The notes under the pieces were generated by a model that was given only the letters and a program-made list of their open reading frames with translations, did not search any database and was not told where the DNA came from. Source: Vicinamibacteria bacterium (GTDB lineage Bacteria; Acidobacteriota; Vicinamibacteria; Marinacidobacterales; Marinacidobacteraceae). Taken from it: a DNA stretch of 64,000 nucleotides. Made by a program: the position numbers and the translations under genes. Positions 1-8,055 of this stretch are shown piece after piece. Position 1 is the first letter of the stretch; the number at the start of each line of letters is the position of its first letter. The stretch lies in NCBI GenBank assembly GCA_963668695.2, contig CAXXLQ010000004.1, positions 2,784,001 through 2,848,000 of the forward strand, in the 5' to 3' direction.

Positions 1-162
1 ACGAGTCGGCGGAATTCCTGGTCGCACAGTCGGCGAATTCTCTGGACGTGTACGCGACGCAGGGACTGCCACAAACCAGACCGGTGTGCCGTATCCTAGT
101 AACCTCACGAGAGAGCTAAGAGGGGCACATGGGCTCGTAACCGCCGAGCGCGCCGACCCGCG

Positions 163-576
163 TCAGGCGGGCAGGAAACCCTGCTCCCCGAAATGCGCGT
201 CAAACGTGAACGCGTGCCGGATCCGCCGGTCCCGCATCACCTCGAAGGAGAGCCAGTCCACCAGGGAGACATTGCGCCGGGCAGCGGCGAGCATCGCCGC
301 CGTGGCGCGCCGGTGGAGCTTTTCGTCGATCCAGACGATTTCAGCGACCGGAAGCAGCCCGTCGTGGAGCTGGCGAACCGCCCGCATGCCCAATCGCCGC
401 GCGATGAGCGCGCTCGATTCCACGAGGATGGCGTGGTGGGTGACGAGGAGCTTCTGCCCCGTCCGAACGCCGGCCAGCAGGCGATCCCAGGTGTGCTTGG
501 CGTCGTCATGGAACCGGTCCTCGGCGTTAAGGAGAGCGATCAACGCCGACGTATCGAGGAAAACGGAAACCGTCAC
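163..576 (-). CDS. vapC: PIN-domain (VapC-type) toxin
   Basis: N-terminal VFLDTSALIAL, central ILVES, SLVDWLSF and AFTFDAHF give the acidic PIN motifs. Its GTG start overlaps the upstream antitoxin stop (GTGA, 573-576). Confidence 0.9.
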   Translation of the reverse strand: MTVSVFLDTSALIALLNAEDRFHDDAKHTWDRLLAGVRTGQKLLVTHHAILVESSALIARRLGMRAVRQLHDGLLPVAEIVWIDEKLHRRATAAMLAAARRNVSLVDWLSFEVMRDRRIRHAFTFDAHFGEQGFLPA

Positions 577-1037
577 TCCGGCGGCTGCCGCCTCCCCATC
601 TCCTCAACCAGGATCTCCGCGAACGCCTCGTCGTGTTTCTCGGCGAGGTCGGTACATCCGGAGCGGAAAGCCCCGACCGGCCGCTTGGCGCGCTCGATGA
701 GGTCGGCGAGCGCGTTGTCTCCGACGTAGGCGTCGAGCGCCTGGCGCAGCAGACCGTCCGGCGACACGCCGAGTTCCGCCGCCAGACGGTGTAACCGCTG
801 CTTCGCATTCTCGTCCACATCTCCGGCGGTGTCCGAGCCGTAGGGTTGGACCGCCTCCTCTACCCCCGCGGCGCCCGGGGCCGTCGTTGCCTCCGCCTGG
901 CTCGAGGCGATGACCGGTAACAGGCGCGCGACGGGGCGGCCCCATTTGGTGATGGTTACCGGAGTGCGGGACGCGGCGACTTCGTCGAGGATCCTCAGGC
1001 AGGTGTCCTTGAACTTCCCGGCGGAGATGGAACGCAT
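573..1037 (-). CDS. Antitoxin: Phd/YefM domain fused to a CopG/RHH-like VapB domain
   Basis: From ATG 1037, MRSISAGKFKDTCLRILDEVAASRTPVTITKWGRPVARLLP (Phd/YefM). A linker follows, then KQRLHRLAAELGVSPDGLLRQALDAYV (RHH-like) and GAFRSGCTDLAEKHDEAF. The ORF-track start at 1571 overlaps the opposite-strand gene and is rejected. Confidence 0.8.
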   Translation of the reverse strand: MRSISAGKFKDTCLRILDEVAASRTPVTITKWGRPVARLLPVIASSQAEATTAPGAAGVEEAVQPYGSDTAGDVDENAKQRLHRLAAELGVSPDGLLRQALDAYVGDNALADLIERAKRPVGAFRSGCTDLAEKHDEAFAEILVEEMGRRQPPE

Positions 1038-1181
1038 GAGCAAAGTATAGCCATGGCCATATTCCCGTCCCGTGGACAACTGGGGCCAGCCCTGGACGTG
1101 TTCCTTAGAATCGGACGCGGGGCGCACTGCGCGAAGGACGGGCTTTTTGCGGGGGTTGCGCCTCCCCTTCAGGCCGGTGCC

Positions 1182-1688
1182 ATGACACAACGCGAATGGG
1201 TCGCAAGGATCCGGCCTCGGCTTGCGGAGGTGTTGCCGGACTTCACGGTGGAGGCCGACCGGAAGCTGCGCTACGCCCGGGAGATCCGAGACTTCGAACT
1301 GCCGGAGCCGGGGACCCCGCTTTCGCTGAAAGGCGACGAGAGCGTCGGGCCCTTCGCCATTGATCTGCTGGTGGGCGAAGAGGTGAGCGCTTCGGTCTGG
1401 CGCCCCCGAGTGGCGCTTGAAGTCAAGATCGGAATCACCCTGCAGGACGCGGTCAGCGACGCTCAGAAAGCGTTTCTTCACAAAACCGTCTCGCCGTATC
1501 TGCGCTACGGCGTCCTTCTCCTGGGCTCCGCCGGCGACTCCCGCGAGCTGCTCATTCCCAAAAACGGCCATCTTGACTTCGTGATGTCATTGCCCGGGAT
1601 GGAACTGACGCCGGCGGACATCGAGACGCTGGCAAGACTCATTTGTCAGGAGGCGGGGGCGTCCCGACGACTGGAAGAGCTCGGGTGA
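1182..1688 (+). CDS. Hypothetical protein, possible PD-(D/E)XK nuclease fold
   Basis: Protein-like ORF from ATG 1182 with FAIDLLVGE...RVALEVKIG (D...ExK pattern). Confidence 0.55.
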   Translation: MTQREWVARIRPRLAEVLPDFTVEADRKLRYAREIRDFELPEPGTPLSLKGDESVGPFAIDLLVGEEVSASVWRPRVALEVKIGITLQDAVSDAQKAFLHKTVSPYLRYGVLLLGSAGDSRELLIPKNGHLDFVMSLPGMELTPADIETLARLICQEAGASRRLEELG

Positions 1689-1751
1689 TCGAAGGCTCAC
1701 CCGCGGCAGATCACACGCTTTGCCGGGCCGGGCGCCATTTGCGCGGCTGGT

Positions 1752-1823
1752 GACGGGAGTTTCGCGTCCTTCGGCCGCGATGCCGGTCTGAAGGCCCCCA
1801 CCGGGAGGACTGGCCGGCGCTCC
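1752..1823. repeat. REP-like repeat family B copy carrying the 15-bp cassette
   Basis: GACGGGAGTTTCGC...GCGATGCCGGTCTGAAGG...CCGGCGCTCC matches the copies at 47949-48004 and 48037-48111. Confidence 0.75.
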
Positions 1824-1859
1824 GAGCCCGGCTTCCGTAGAATCGGCTCCCCGAGAGGA

Positions 1860-4460
1860 ATGTCCATGTACCTGCGTCTCAGCTTCGCCCTCCTCCTGCT
1901 GGCGGCCACTCCGCTTTTCGCTCAGCCCCAGCGCTGGCCGCCGCCACCAATCATCCAGGGGGTTGCGGAGGCGTATCCGCCGGCGCGCCACGGTGGGAAC
2001 TACATGCACAACTACTACTTCCCGCCGGCGCCGAGCAGCACTCCCTGGGCTCCCGCCTGGTCACCGGACGGGAAGTCGATCGCGGTGGCGATGTCCGGCT
2101 CCATCTGGCGCGTGGATCCTGAAACGGGGATTGCCGACGAACTGACGTCCGGCCCCGGATACCACTCGCTCCCCACCTGGTCTCCCGACGGGAGACACAT
2201 CGTCTTCACGGTGGACCGAAACGGCGAGACCATCGGCCTCGCGATCACGGACCTGGCCACCGGGGAAATCCGTTCTCTCACGAACGATGAGTTCCTTTAC
2301 ACCGATCCGGCGTTCTCGCCGGACGGGACGCGGCTCGCCTACGTGTCCACGAAGCCATCGGGCTACTTCAACGTCTATGTCCGTGAGTTCGCGAACGGCG
2401 AACTCGGTTCCGAAGAGATGGCGCTTACCAGGGACGAGAACTACGGCAAGGAGCGGCTCTACTTCGGCTCCTGGGACATGCACATCACACCGGCCTGGAT
2501 GCCCGACTCCCGGGAACTGCTGATGGTCTCCAATCACGAGGTGCCGCTCGGCTCGGGGAACGTCATCCGGACTCCGATGGCGGTAGACGGCTTCGAAGAG
2601 GGCGTGACGGTGCTCGCGGAACAGTCGCTCTACCGGAGTCGTCCGGATGTCTCCATCGACGGGAAGCGGTTCATCTATTCCTCGACCGCCGGTGCGGCGG
2701 ATCAGTTCTCGAACCTCTACGTCCAGCCGACCGACGGCGGGTCGCCCTACAAGCTGACCTTCTTCGAGCACGACGCCTTCCATCCCCGCTGGTCGCCGAA
2801 CGGCGAGTGGATCGCCTATGTGGACAACTCCGGGGGACTCCCGCAGCTCGCGCTGCTCGAGACCTACGGCGGCAAGCGGCGCGTCGTCGAGATCACCCGG
2901 CGCAACTGGAGCCGACCGATGGGGGTGCTCTCGGTGCGTACGGTGGATGACGCGACCGGCGAGGAGGTCGCTGCCCGGATTCACCTGCGGGCCTCCGACA
3001 CCCGGTTCTACGCCCCGCCGGACGCCTACGCCCGGATCGGGGGCGCCGATGAGCACTCCTTCCACCAGCCAGGCAGTTTCCGGATGGAAGTCCCGGTGGG
3101 ACCCCTCGAGATCGAGGCGGTGCGCGGCTTCGAGCACGAACCCCTGAGCGCCAGTGTGGAGATCGCGGCCGGCGACGTCACCGAGCTGACGCTGCGGCTC
3201 GTTCGGATCACCGACATGGCGGCCAAGGGATGGTGGAGCGGCTCCACTCACGTCCACATGAACTACGCCGGCAACCTGCACAACACGCTGGAGAACCTGA
3301 TGTTCATGTCGGACGCCGAGGACCAGGACGTAGTGCTGGAACAGGTCGCCAACAAGGACAACCGCATTCTGGACTACCAGCACTTCATCCCCGGCGGCGA
3401 GGAGCATCCGCTTTCCACCGAAGATCGGGTGCTGGTGGTGGGACAGGAATACCGGCCACCCTTCTACGGCCACGTCTTTCTCTTCGGGATGAAGGAGCAC
3501 CTCCTCTCGCCCTACACCACCGGCTACGAGGGAACCGGAATCGAGAGCCTCTATCCGTCGAACACCGACATGTTCCGGAAGGCGAGAGCCCAGGGCGCGA
3601 CCGTCGGCTATGTGCACGCGTTCTTCGGGGAGAACGATCCGCTCGTCGGCCCGGGCGGAAGTCCCGGGAACCTGGGTGGCGCCAAGGGATACATGGTGGA
3701 TGCCGCGCTCGGCACCACGGATGCGGTCGAGTGGTCCTCCGCGTCACGGGCCGGGTTCTTTCCCTGGTACGCCACGCTGAACAACGGCCTCCGGGTCACT
3801 GCGGTGGGCGGCGAGGACTCGATCAGCAACATGCAGCGGTCCAAGCTGGTCGGCTCGGTCCGCACCTACGTGCACACCGGAGAACGGGGACTGGATCTCG
3901 ACGCTTTCCTCGAAGGGATCCGGGAGGGCAGGGCCTTCGTGAGTTGCGGGCCCGTGCTCGACTTCCGCGTAGAGGGCCGGATCCCGGGGGACGACGTGCA
4001 GCTTCCCGAATCGGGAGGCGAAGTGGAGTGGAGCGCGTGGGTGCGCTCCTCGACGCCGCTCCAGCGGGCCTGGGTGGTCTCGGGGGGCGTGGACGTGGCC
4101 GAGGTGCCGCTGTCGGAGGATCGGCGCTCCGCCCGGGCCACCGGCCAGGTCACCATGGACCGGAGCGGCTGGCTGATCCTCCGGGCGGAAGGTTCCCCGG
4201 AGGAGGCGCGCCCGCTCGACTGCAGCTACGCGCAGGCGTTCACCAATCCGGTCTGGGTCAGGGCAGGGGAGCAGCCGGTCCGGAGCGCCGCCGCCGCCGA
4301 ATACTCCATCCGCTGGATCGACCGGCTCCGCCAGTTGGCTGAAGAATGGGAGTACTGGCGCTCGGACGCCGAGAAGGCGCATGTCTATGCCCAGTTCGAC
4401 GAGGCCCGCGCGATCTACCAGGGGTTCCTGGCCGAGGCCCGCGCGCTGGGCCGGGAATGA
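1860..4460 (+). CDS. Secreted TolB-like (PD40) beta-propeller plus CehA/McbA-type PHP metallohydrolase
   Basis: Signal peptide and repeated PAWSPDG/PTWSPDG/PRWSPNG motifs. C-terminal GWWSGSTHVHM, GQEYR..GH, GYVH and VGGEDS metal-site motifs. Confidence 0.85.
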   Translation: MSMYLRLSFALLLLAATPLFAQPQRWPPPPIIQGVAEAYPPARHGGNYMHNYYFPPAPSSTPWAPAWSPDGKSIAVAMSGSIWRVDPETGIADELTSGPGYHSLPTWSPDGRHIVFTVDRNGETIGLAITDLATGEIRSLTNDEFLYTDPAFSPDGTRLAYVSTKPSGYFNVYVREFANGELGSEEMALTRDENYGKERLYFGSWDMHITPAWMPDSRELLMVSNHEVPLGSGNVIRTPMAVDGFEEGVTVLAEQSLYRSRPDVSIDGKRFIYSSTAGAADQFSNLYVQPTDGGSPYKLTFFEHDAFHPRWSPNGEWIAYVDNSGGLPQLALLETYGGKRRVVEITRRNWSRPMGVLSVRTVDDATGEEVAARIHLRASDTRFYAPPDAYARIGGADEHSFHQPGSFRMEVPVGPLEIEAVRGFEHEPLSASVEIAAGDVTELTLRLVRITDMAAKGWWSGSTHVHMNYAGNLHNTLENLMFMSDAEDQDVVLEQVANKDNRILDYQHFIPGGEEHPLSTEDRVLVVGQEYRPPFYGHVFLFGMKEHLLSPYTTGYEGTGIESLYPSNTDMFRKARAQGATVGYVHAFFGENDPLVGPGGSPGNLGGAKGYMVDAALGTTDAVEWSSASRAGFFPWYATLNNGLRVTAVGGEDSISNMQRSKLVGSVRTYVHTGERGLDLDAFLEGIREGRAFVSCGPVLDFRVEGRIPGDDVQLPESGGEVEWSAWVRSSTPLQRAWVVSGGVDVAEVPLSEDRRSARATGQVTMDRSGWLILRAEGSPEEARPLDCSYAQAFTNPVWVRAGEQPVRSAAAAEYSIRWIDRLRQLAEEWEYWRSDAEKAHVYAQFDEARAIYQGFLAEARALGRE

Positions 4461-4530
4461 CGGAGCGGACTGCCGGGAATCGTCCCGGCGACGCTTCGGG
4501 GTTTTCGTTATCGCCTGATACGCTCGCGAT

Positions 4531-4872
4531 ATGAGTCTGGTGGGGCGCGCCTTCGGCACGAAAGCGCCGTTTGTCGCGGCCAGCCAGATCGACGAAGTTC
4601 TGAGCGGCGGGCGCGTCCTGCTGCTCGACGTACGGACGGCTCTGGAACTCGCGGAGTCGGGGACCATTCCCGGCGCGGTCCATATTCACCTCGGAGAACT
4701 CGCGGAGCGGGTGGAAGAACTGCCCCGCGACCGTCCGGTGCTCACTACTTGAATGGTGGGACCACGCGCCGCGCGGGCCGCGGCCATTTTGGAAAACGCA
4801 GGATTCGAGGTCGTTGGTTTCAGCGGCCTCAAGCAATACACGGGCGTCCGGGAATACCGGCCGCTCGATTGA
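4531..4872 (+). CDS. Rhodanese-like selenoprotein (Sec at TGA 4750-4752)
   Basis: LLLDVRT..E...GTIPGAVHIHLGEL..RVEELPRDRPVLTT-TGA-MVGPRAARAAAILENAGFEVVGFSGLKQY. The rhodanese domain continues in frame past the TGA, which sits at the catalytic CxxGxR position. Stop is TGA 4870-4872. Confidence 0.85.
4753..4787 (+). promoter_or_regulatory. Putative bacterial SECIS hairpin
   Basis: Stem GCCGCG(4768-73)/CGCGGC(4779-84) with loop CGGGC starting 22 nt after the UGA. Possible basal ATGG/CCAT pairing. Confidence 0.6.
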
Positions 4873-4878
4873 TTCCTG

Positions 4879-5051
4879 AACAGCCTGTGAACAAAGTCAC
4901 GCGGCATTCGACCGGCGATGCATCCCGGCTGAACCGCGTTGCTCGTCGTTGCACTTCGGTCGAAATACAGCCAGTACTCCTCCCTCGTGCGCCTTGTCAG
5001 CCGGGCGCCTCACCGGTCTCGGTGCTCACGTCACTTTGTCCACAGGCTGTT
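4879..5051 (+). mobile_element. MITE-like element, family A
   Basis: Terminal inverted repeats AACAGCCTGTGAACAAAGT / ACTTTGTCCACAGGCTGTT. Core GGCGATGCATCCCGGCTGAAC...CGAAATACA...GCGCCTTGTCAGCCGGGCGCCTC is shared with the copies at 6847, 55775 and 58450. No ORF. Confidence 0.8.
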
Positions 5052-5065
5052 AAAGGAGGTCCATT

Positions 5066-5506
5066 GTGAAACGGACTCTTTCCCTTGCCGGTGTCGCCTT
5101 GGCGGCAGCGGTTCTCGGATGGGGCTGCGGAGGCGGTGAGCCTCCGGCCGAGGAAAGTGCGGCGCCCGAGCCCGCGGCGCCGGAACCGGCCCCGGCCCCG
5201 CGGGTCGAAGCTGAGGAAATCGACGCGGCTCTTGCGGCCGGCGCCGTCCTCCTCGACGTTCGCACCGATGAGGAGCTCGCCGAGCACGGCACGATCGACG
5301 GCTTCATCCACATTCCGATTGACGAACTGGAGGCGAGGATCGGTGAACTCCCGACCGGAGTTCCCGTCCTCACTGCTTGACAGGGTGGCGGAAGAGCCGC
5401 GCGTGCCGCGGAGCTGCTACAAGCAAACGGATACGAAGTCGTCGGTTTCTGTGGCCTGAGAGGCTACGAGGGAGAGCGGGTCTTTCCCGGAGCCTCGGGT
5501 AACTGA
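5066..5506 (+). CDS. Lipoprotein rhodanese-like selenoprotein (Sec at TGA 5378-5380)
   Basis: SD AAGGAGGT then GTG. Lipobox-like VLGWGC and a Pro/Ala/Glu linker precede LLDVRTDEE...GTIDGFIHIPIDEL..RIGELPTGVPVLTA-TGA-QGGGRAARAAELLQANGYEVVGFCGLRGY. Stop is TGA 5504-5506. Confidence 0.85.
5381..5416 (+). promoter_or_regulatory. Putative bacterial SECIS hairpin
   Basis: Stem CCGCG(5397-5401)/CGCGG(5407-11) with loop CGTGC starting 22 nt after the UGA, the same spacing as in the paralogue. Possible basal CAG/CTG pairing. Confidence 0.6.
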
Positions 5507-5521
5507 TCCAGGCGAAACGGG

Positions 5522-6823
5522 TCAGATCTGAACGGTCCGGAATCCCGCCATCACGTCGCGGCGGTCCGGGCTGAAGAAGTTGCGGTAGCGGCCGGTCAGC
5601 AGCCGGCCGCGAGTTGCCCAGGCGCCGCCGCGCAGTACCTTCGTCTCGTGGAATCCGGCCTCGGAATAGTCCCGGTAGGCGTCGGGACGAAAACCGGGAT
5701 AGGGCCGCAAGGTGTCCTCCGTCCACTCCCAGACGTTGCCGAGCATCTGCCGGCAGCCGAAGGCGCTGTCCCCGGCGGGCAGTGCTCCGACGTCGGAACA
5801 TCCGAGCGACCAGCCGTTGAGGTTCGCGCGCCGCGGGTCTGGAGGCGCCTCGCCCCAGGGGTACGTCCTTTTGGTTGCCGCCAGGCTGTTTCCGTCGGGT
5901 TCGCCGAGGGCGGCGGTCTCCCACTCCACCTCGGTGGGGAGCCGCCGTCCGGCCCAGGCGCAATAGGCACTGGCCTCGAACCAATTGACGTGGATGACAG
6001 GTTCGTTCAGGGGCAGCGGCTCGATGAGGTCGAACCGCCGCACCTGGAATCCTTGCCGACCGTCGGGAATCCAGTAAACGGGATGGGTTGCCGCGGCCTC
6101 TACCCTCCAATCCCAGCCCGGTTCGCTCCAGAACTCCCGCCGCTGGTAGCCGCCGGCATCCACGAATTCGGCGAACTCCGCTTGGCTGACCGGCGCCTTC
6201 GCGATCGAAAACGGCTGAACCCGGACCGGGTGCGCCCATTTTTCGTTGTCGAAGAAGAACGGCGCCTCCCTCTCCGCGCCGAGCCGGAACGTGCCGCCGG
6301 GGACGCTGGCGTCTCCCGGGTGGCTGCCGCCGCCCGCCGCTTCCGGCGTCCGACCCGGGCCGATTCGCGGCGCGGGGTAGCCGAGGGTCTGCCGGGAATA
6401 GATGTACGCCTCGGTGTGCATGTCCTCATGGAAGGTGGCGAACTGGTACATGAAACTGTTCCTGGTGCTCGCCAACCCTGGATCCAGTCTTTCCAGGCAG
6501 CGGTCCTTGACCGTTTCGGCGTAGCGGATCGTTTCGGCCATGCCCGGGAGGGGCAGATCCCAGCGAACCTCCTGGTGGACGGCCGCCGAGTCGTAGAGGT
6601 CGTCTCCCTCGGGCAAGATCGGCGCGTATCCGTAGAGGTCCCGCAGGATGAATCTCTCGTGGAACCAGGCAACGTGCCCGATCTCCCACCGCAGCGGGTT
6701 GACGATGGTCAACCGTGTTCCCATCAGTTGGTCCTCGTCGAGGCCGGCGGTCAGCGCCAGGCTTCGCCGGTGGGCGTCGTCCATGATGGCTGCGAGGTGA
6801 TCGGCCGGGACGCGCTTTGTCAT
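5522..6823 (-). CDS. senA: Selenoneine synthase SenA (EgtB-like DinB + FGE-sulfatase domains)
   Basis: NPLRWEIGHVAWFHE, iron-binding HEDMHTE, FFFDNEKWAH, RRLPTEVEWE and QMLGNVWEWT; adjacent to senB. Confidence 0.85.
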   Translation of the reverse strand: MTKRVPADHLAAIMDDAHRRSLALTAGLDEDQLMGTRLTIVNPLRWEIGHVAWFHERFILRDLYGYAPILPEGDDLYDSAAVHQEVRWDLPLPGMAETIRYAETVKDRCLERLDPGLASTRNSFMYQFATFHEDMHTEAYIYSRQTLGYPAPRIGPGRTPEAAGGGSHPGDASVPGGTFRLGAEREAPFFFDNEKWAHPVRVQPFSIAKAPVSQAEFAEFVDAGGYQRREFWSEPGWDWRVEAAATHPVYWIPDGRQGFQVRRFDLIEPLPLNEPVIHVNWFEASAYCAWAGRRLPTEVEWETAALGEPDGNSLAATKRTYPWGEAPPDPRRANLNGWSLGCSDVGALPAGDSAFGCRQMLGNVWEWTEDTLRPYPGFRPDAYRDYSEAGFHETKVLRGGAWATRGRLLTGRYRNFFSPDRRDVMAGFRTVQI

Positions 6824-6846
6824 GGTTTCCGTCCGGGCGCGGAGTG

Positions 6847-7029
6847 AGCAGCCGGTGGTGAAACCCAGGCGGCGTTCGAGCGGCGATGCATCCCGGCTGA
6901 ACCGCGCCGCTATGCGGCGCTCGGCGTTGCGTTTGGGTCGAAATACACTTGGTATTCCTCCCTCACGCGCCTTGTCAGCCGGGCGCCTCGCCGCTCTCGG
7001 CGCTCACCCGGGTTCCAGCACAGGCTGCT
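6847..7029 (+). mobile_element. MITE-like element, family A
   Basis: TIRs AGCAGCCGGTGGTGAAACCC / GGGTTCCAGCACAGGCTGCT and the same internal core as 4879-5051. Confidence 0.8.
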
Positions 7030-7041
7030 AAAGGGTCGCCC

Positions 7042-7995
7042 GTGCGGATCATTCTAGTAACCCCGGCGGGGGCGGGTTCGCGCAGCGGGAACCGCGTCAC
7101 GGCGGTCCGCTGGGCACGGATCCTTCGGTCGCTCGGCCACGGCGTCACAGTCGAGACCGCGTGGGACGGCGCTCCCGCGGACCTGCTGATCGCCCTCCAT
7201 GCCTGGCGGAGCGCCGCATCGGTCACCCGCTACCGATCGCGTTTTCCGGCCCGTCCGCTGATCGTGGCGCTCACCGGAACGGACGTGTACCGCTTTTTGC
7301 ACTCCGATGAAGCGACGACCCGGCGGTCGCTCCAAGACGCCGATGTCCTGATCGCGCTCCACGATCTGGTCCAGGACGCACTGCCGACGGAGTTCCTTTC
7401 GAAGGTGCGGGTCGTTCACCAATCGGTAGCGAACCCGGGTCTGCCGCGCCGTCCTTCCCGGCGTTTTTTCGATGTTTGCGTGGTCGGGCACCTGCGCTTC
7501 GAAAAGGACCCGATGAGAGCGGCCTACGCGGCGCGGGCCATGCCCGAGGCCTCCCGGTTGCGCGTTCTCCACGCCGGCGGAGCCCGCGACCCGAGCTGGG
7601 CGGAACCGGCGCGCCGGGAGATGGCCTGCAACCGGCGTTACCGGTGGCTTGGTGAGGTGCCCGGCTGGCGCGTGGGCCGGCTCTACGCCAGGACGCACGC
7701 CATGGTGATCTCATCGGTGATGGAAGGAGGGCCCAACGTGGTCTCGGAAGCGGTCGTGGCAGGGCTCCCGGTGATCGCTTCCCGGATTCCGGGGAACGTC
7801 GGCCTCCTCGGCCCGGACTACCCGGGCTACTACGCGCCGCAGGACACCGACGCGCTTCGCGAGGCGCTCTGGCGCGCCGAGAGCGCCCCTGGATTCCTCG
7901 ACGAGCTGGCCCGGCACGGCGCGCAGCGAGCGCCGCTCTTCGCGCCCGAGCGCGAACGGGAGACCTGGCGCCAACTGCTCAGCGCCGTGGGGTGA
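7042..7995 (+). CDS. senB: Selenosugar synthase SenB (GT-B glycosyltransferase)
   Basis: From GTG 7042: RIILVTPA..SRSGNRVTAVRWARIL, LIALHAWRS, ALTGTDVY, VGHLRFEKDP and SSVMEGGPNVVSEA, which match SenB. The ORF-track start at 6949 lies inside the MITE. Confidence 0.88.
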   Translation: MRIILVTPAGAGSRSGNRVTAVRWARILRSLGHGVTVETAWDGAPADLLIALHAWRSAASVTRYRSRFPARPLIVALTGTDVYRFLHSDEATTRRSLQDADVLIALHDLVQDALPTEFLSKVRVVHQSVANPGLPRRPSRRFFDVCVVGHLRFEKDPMRAAYAARAMPEASRLRVLHAGGARDPSWAEPARREMACNRRYRWLGEVPGWRVGRLYARTHAMVISSVMEGGPNVVSEAVVAGLPVIASRIPGNVGLLGPDYPGYYAPQDTDALREALWRAESAPGFLDELARHGAQRAPLFAPERERETWRQLLSAVG

Positions 7996-8055
7996 TACCC
8001 CGGCTCGGAGATCGGCAGGAGTGTCGGCAGCTCGAGGCCGGCGTGCATCACGCCG

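Noticed and set aside
4531-5506. Rhodanese pseudogenes with nonsense mutations
   Set aside because: TGA occupies the same catalytic codon in two diverged paralogues with intact downstream domains, which fits Sec much better.
5522-6823. Ergothioneine EgtB or formylglycine-generating enzyme
   Set aside because: The NPLRWEIGH-type motif and the adjacent SenB-type glycosyltransferase favour SenA; no egtD is nearby.
7993-8055. Sec read-through of the senB TGA
   Set aside because: The GT domain is complete at the stop and the downstream frame runs into the convergent gene without recognisable homology.
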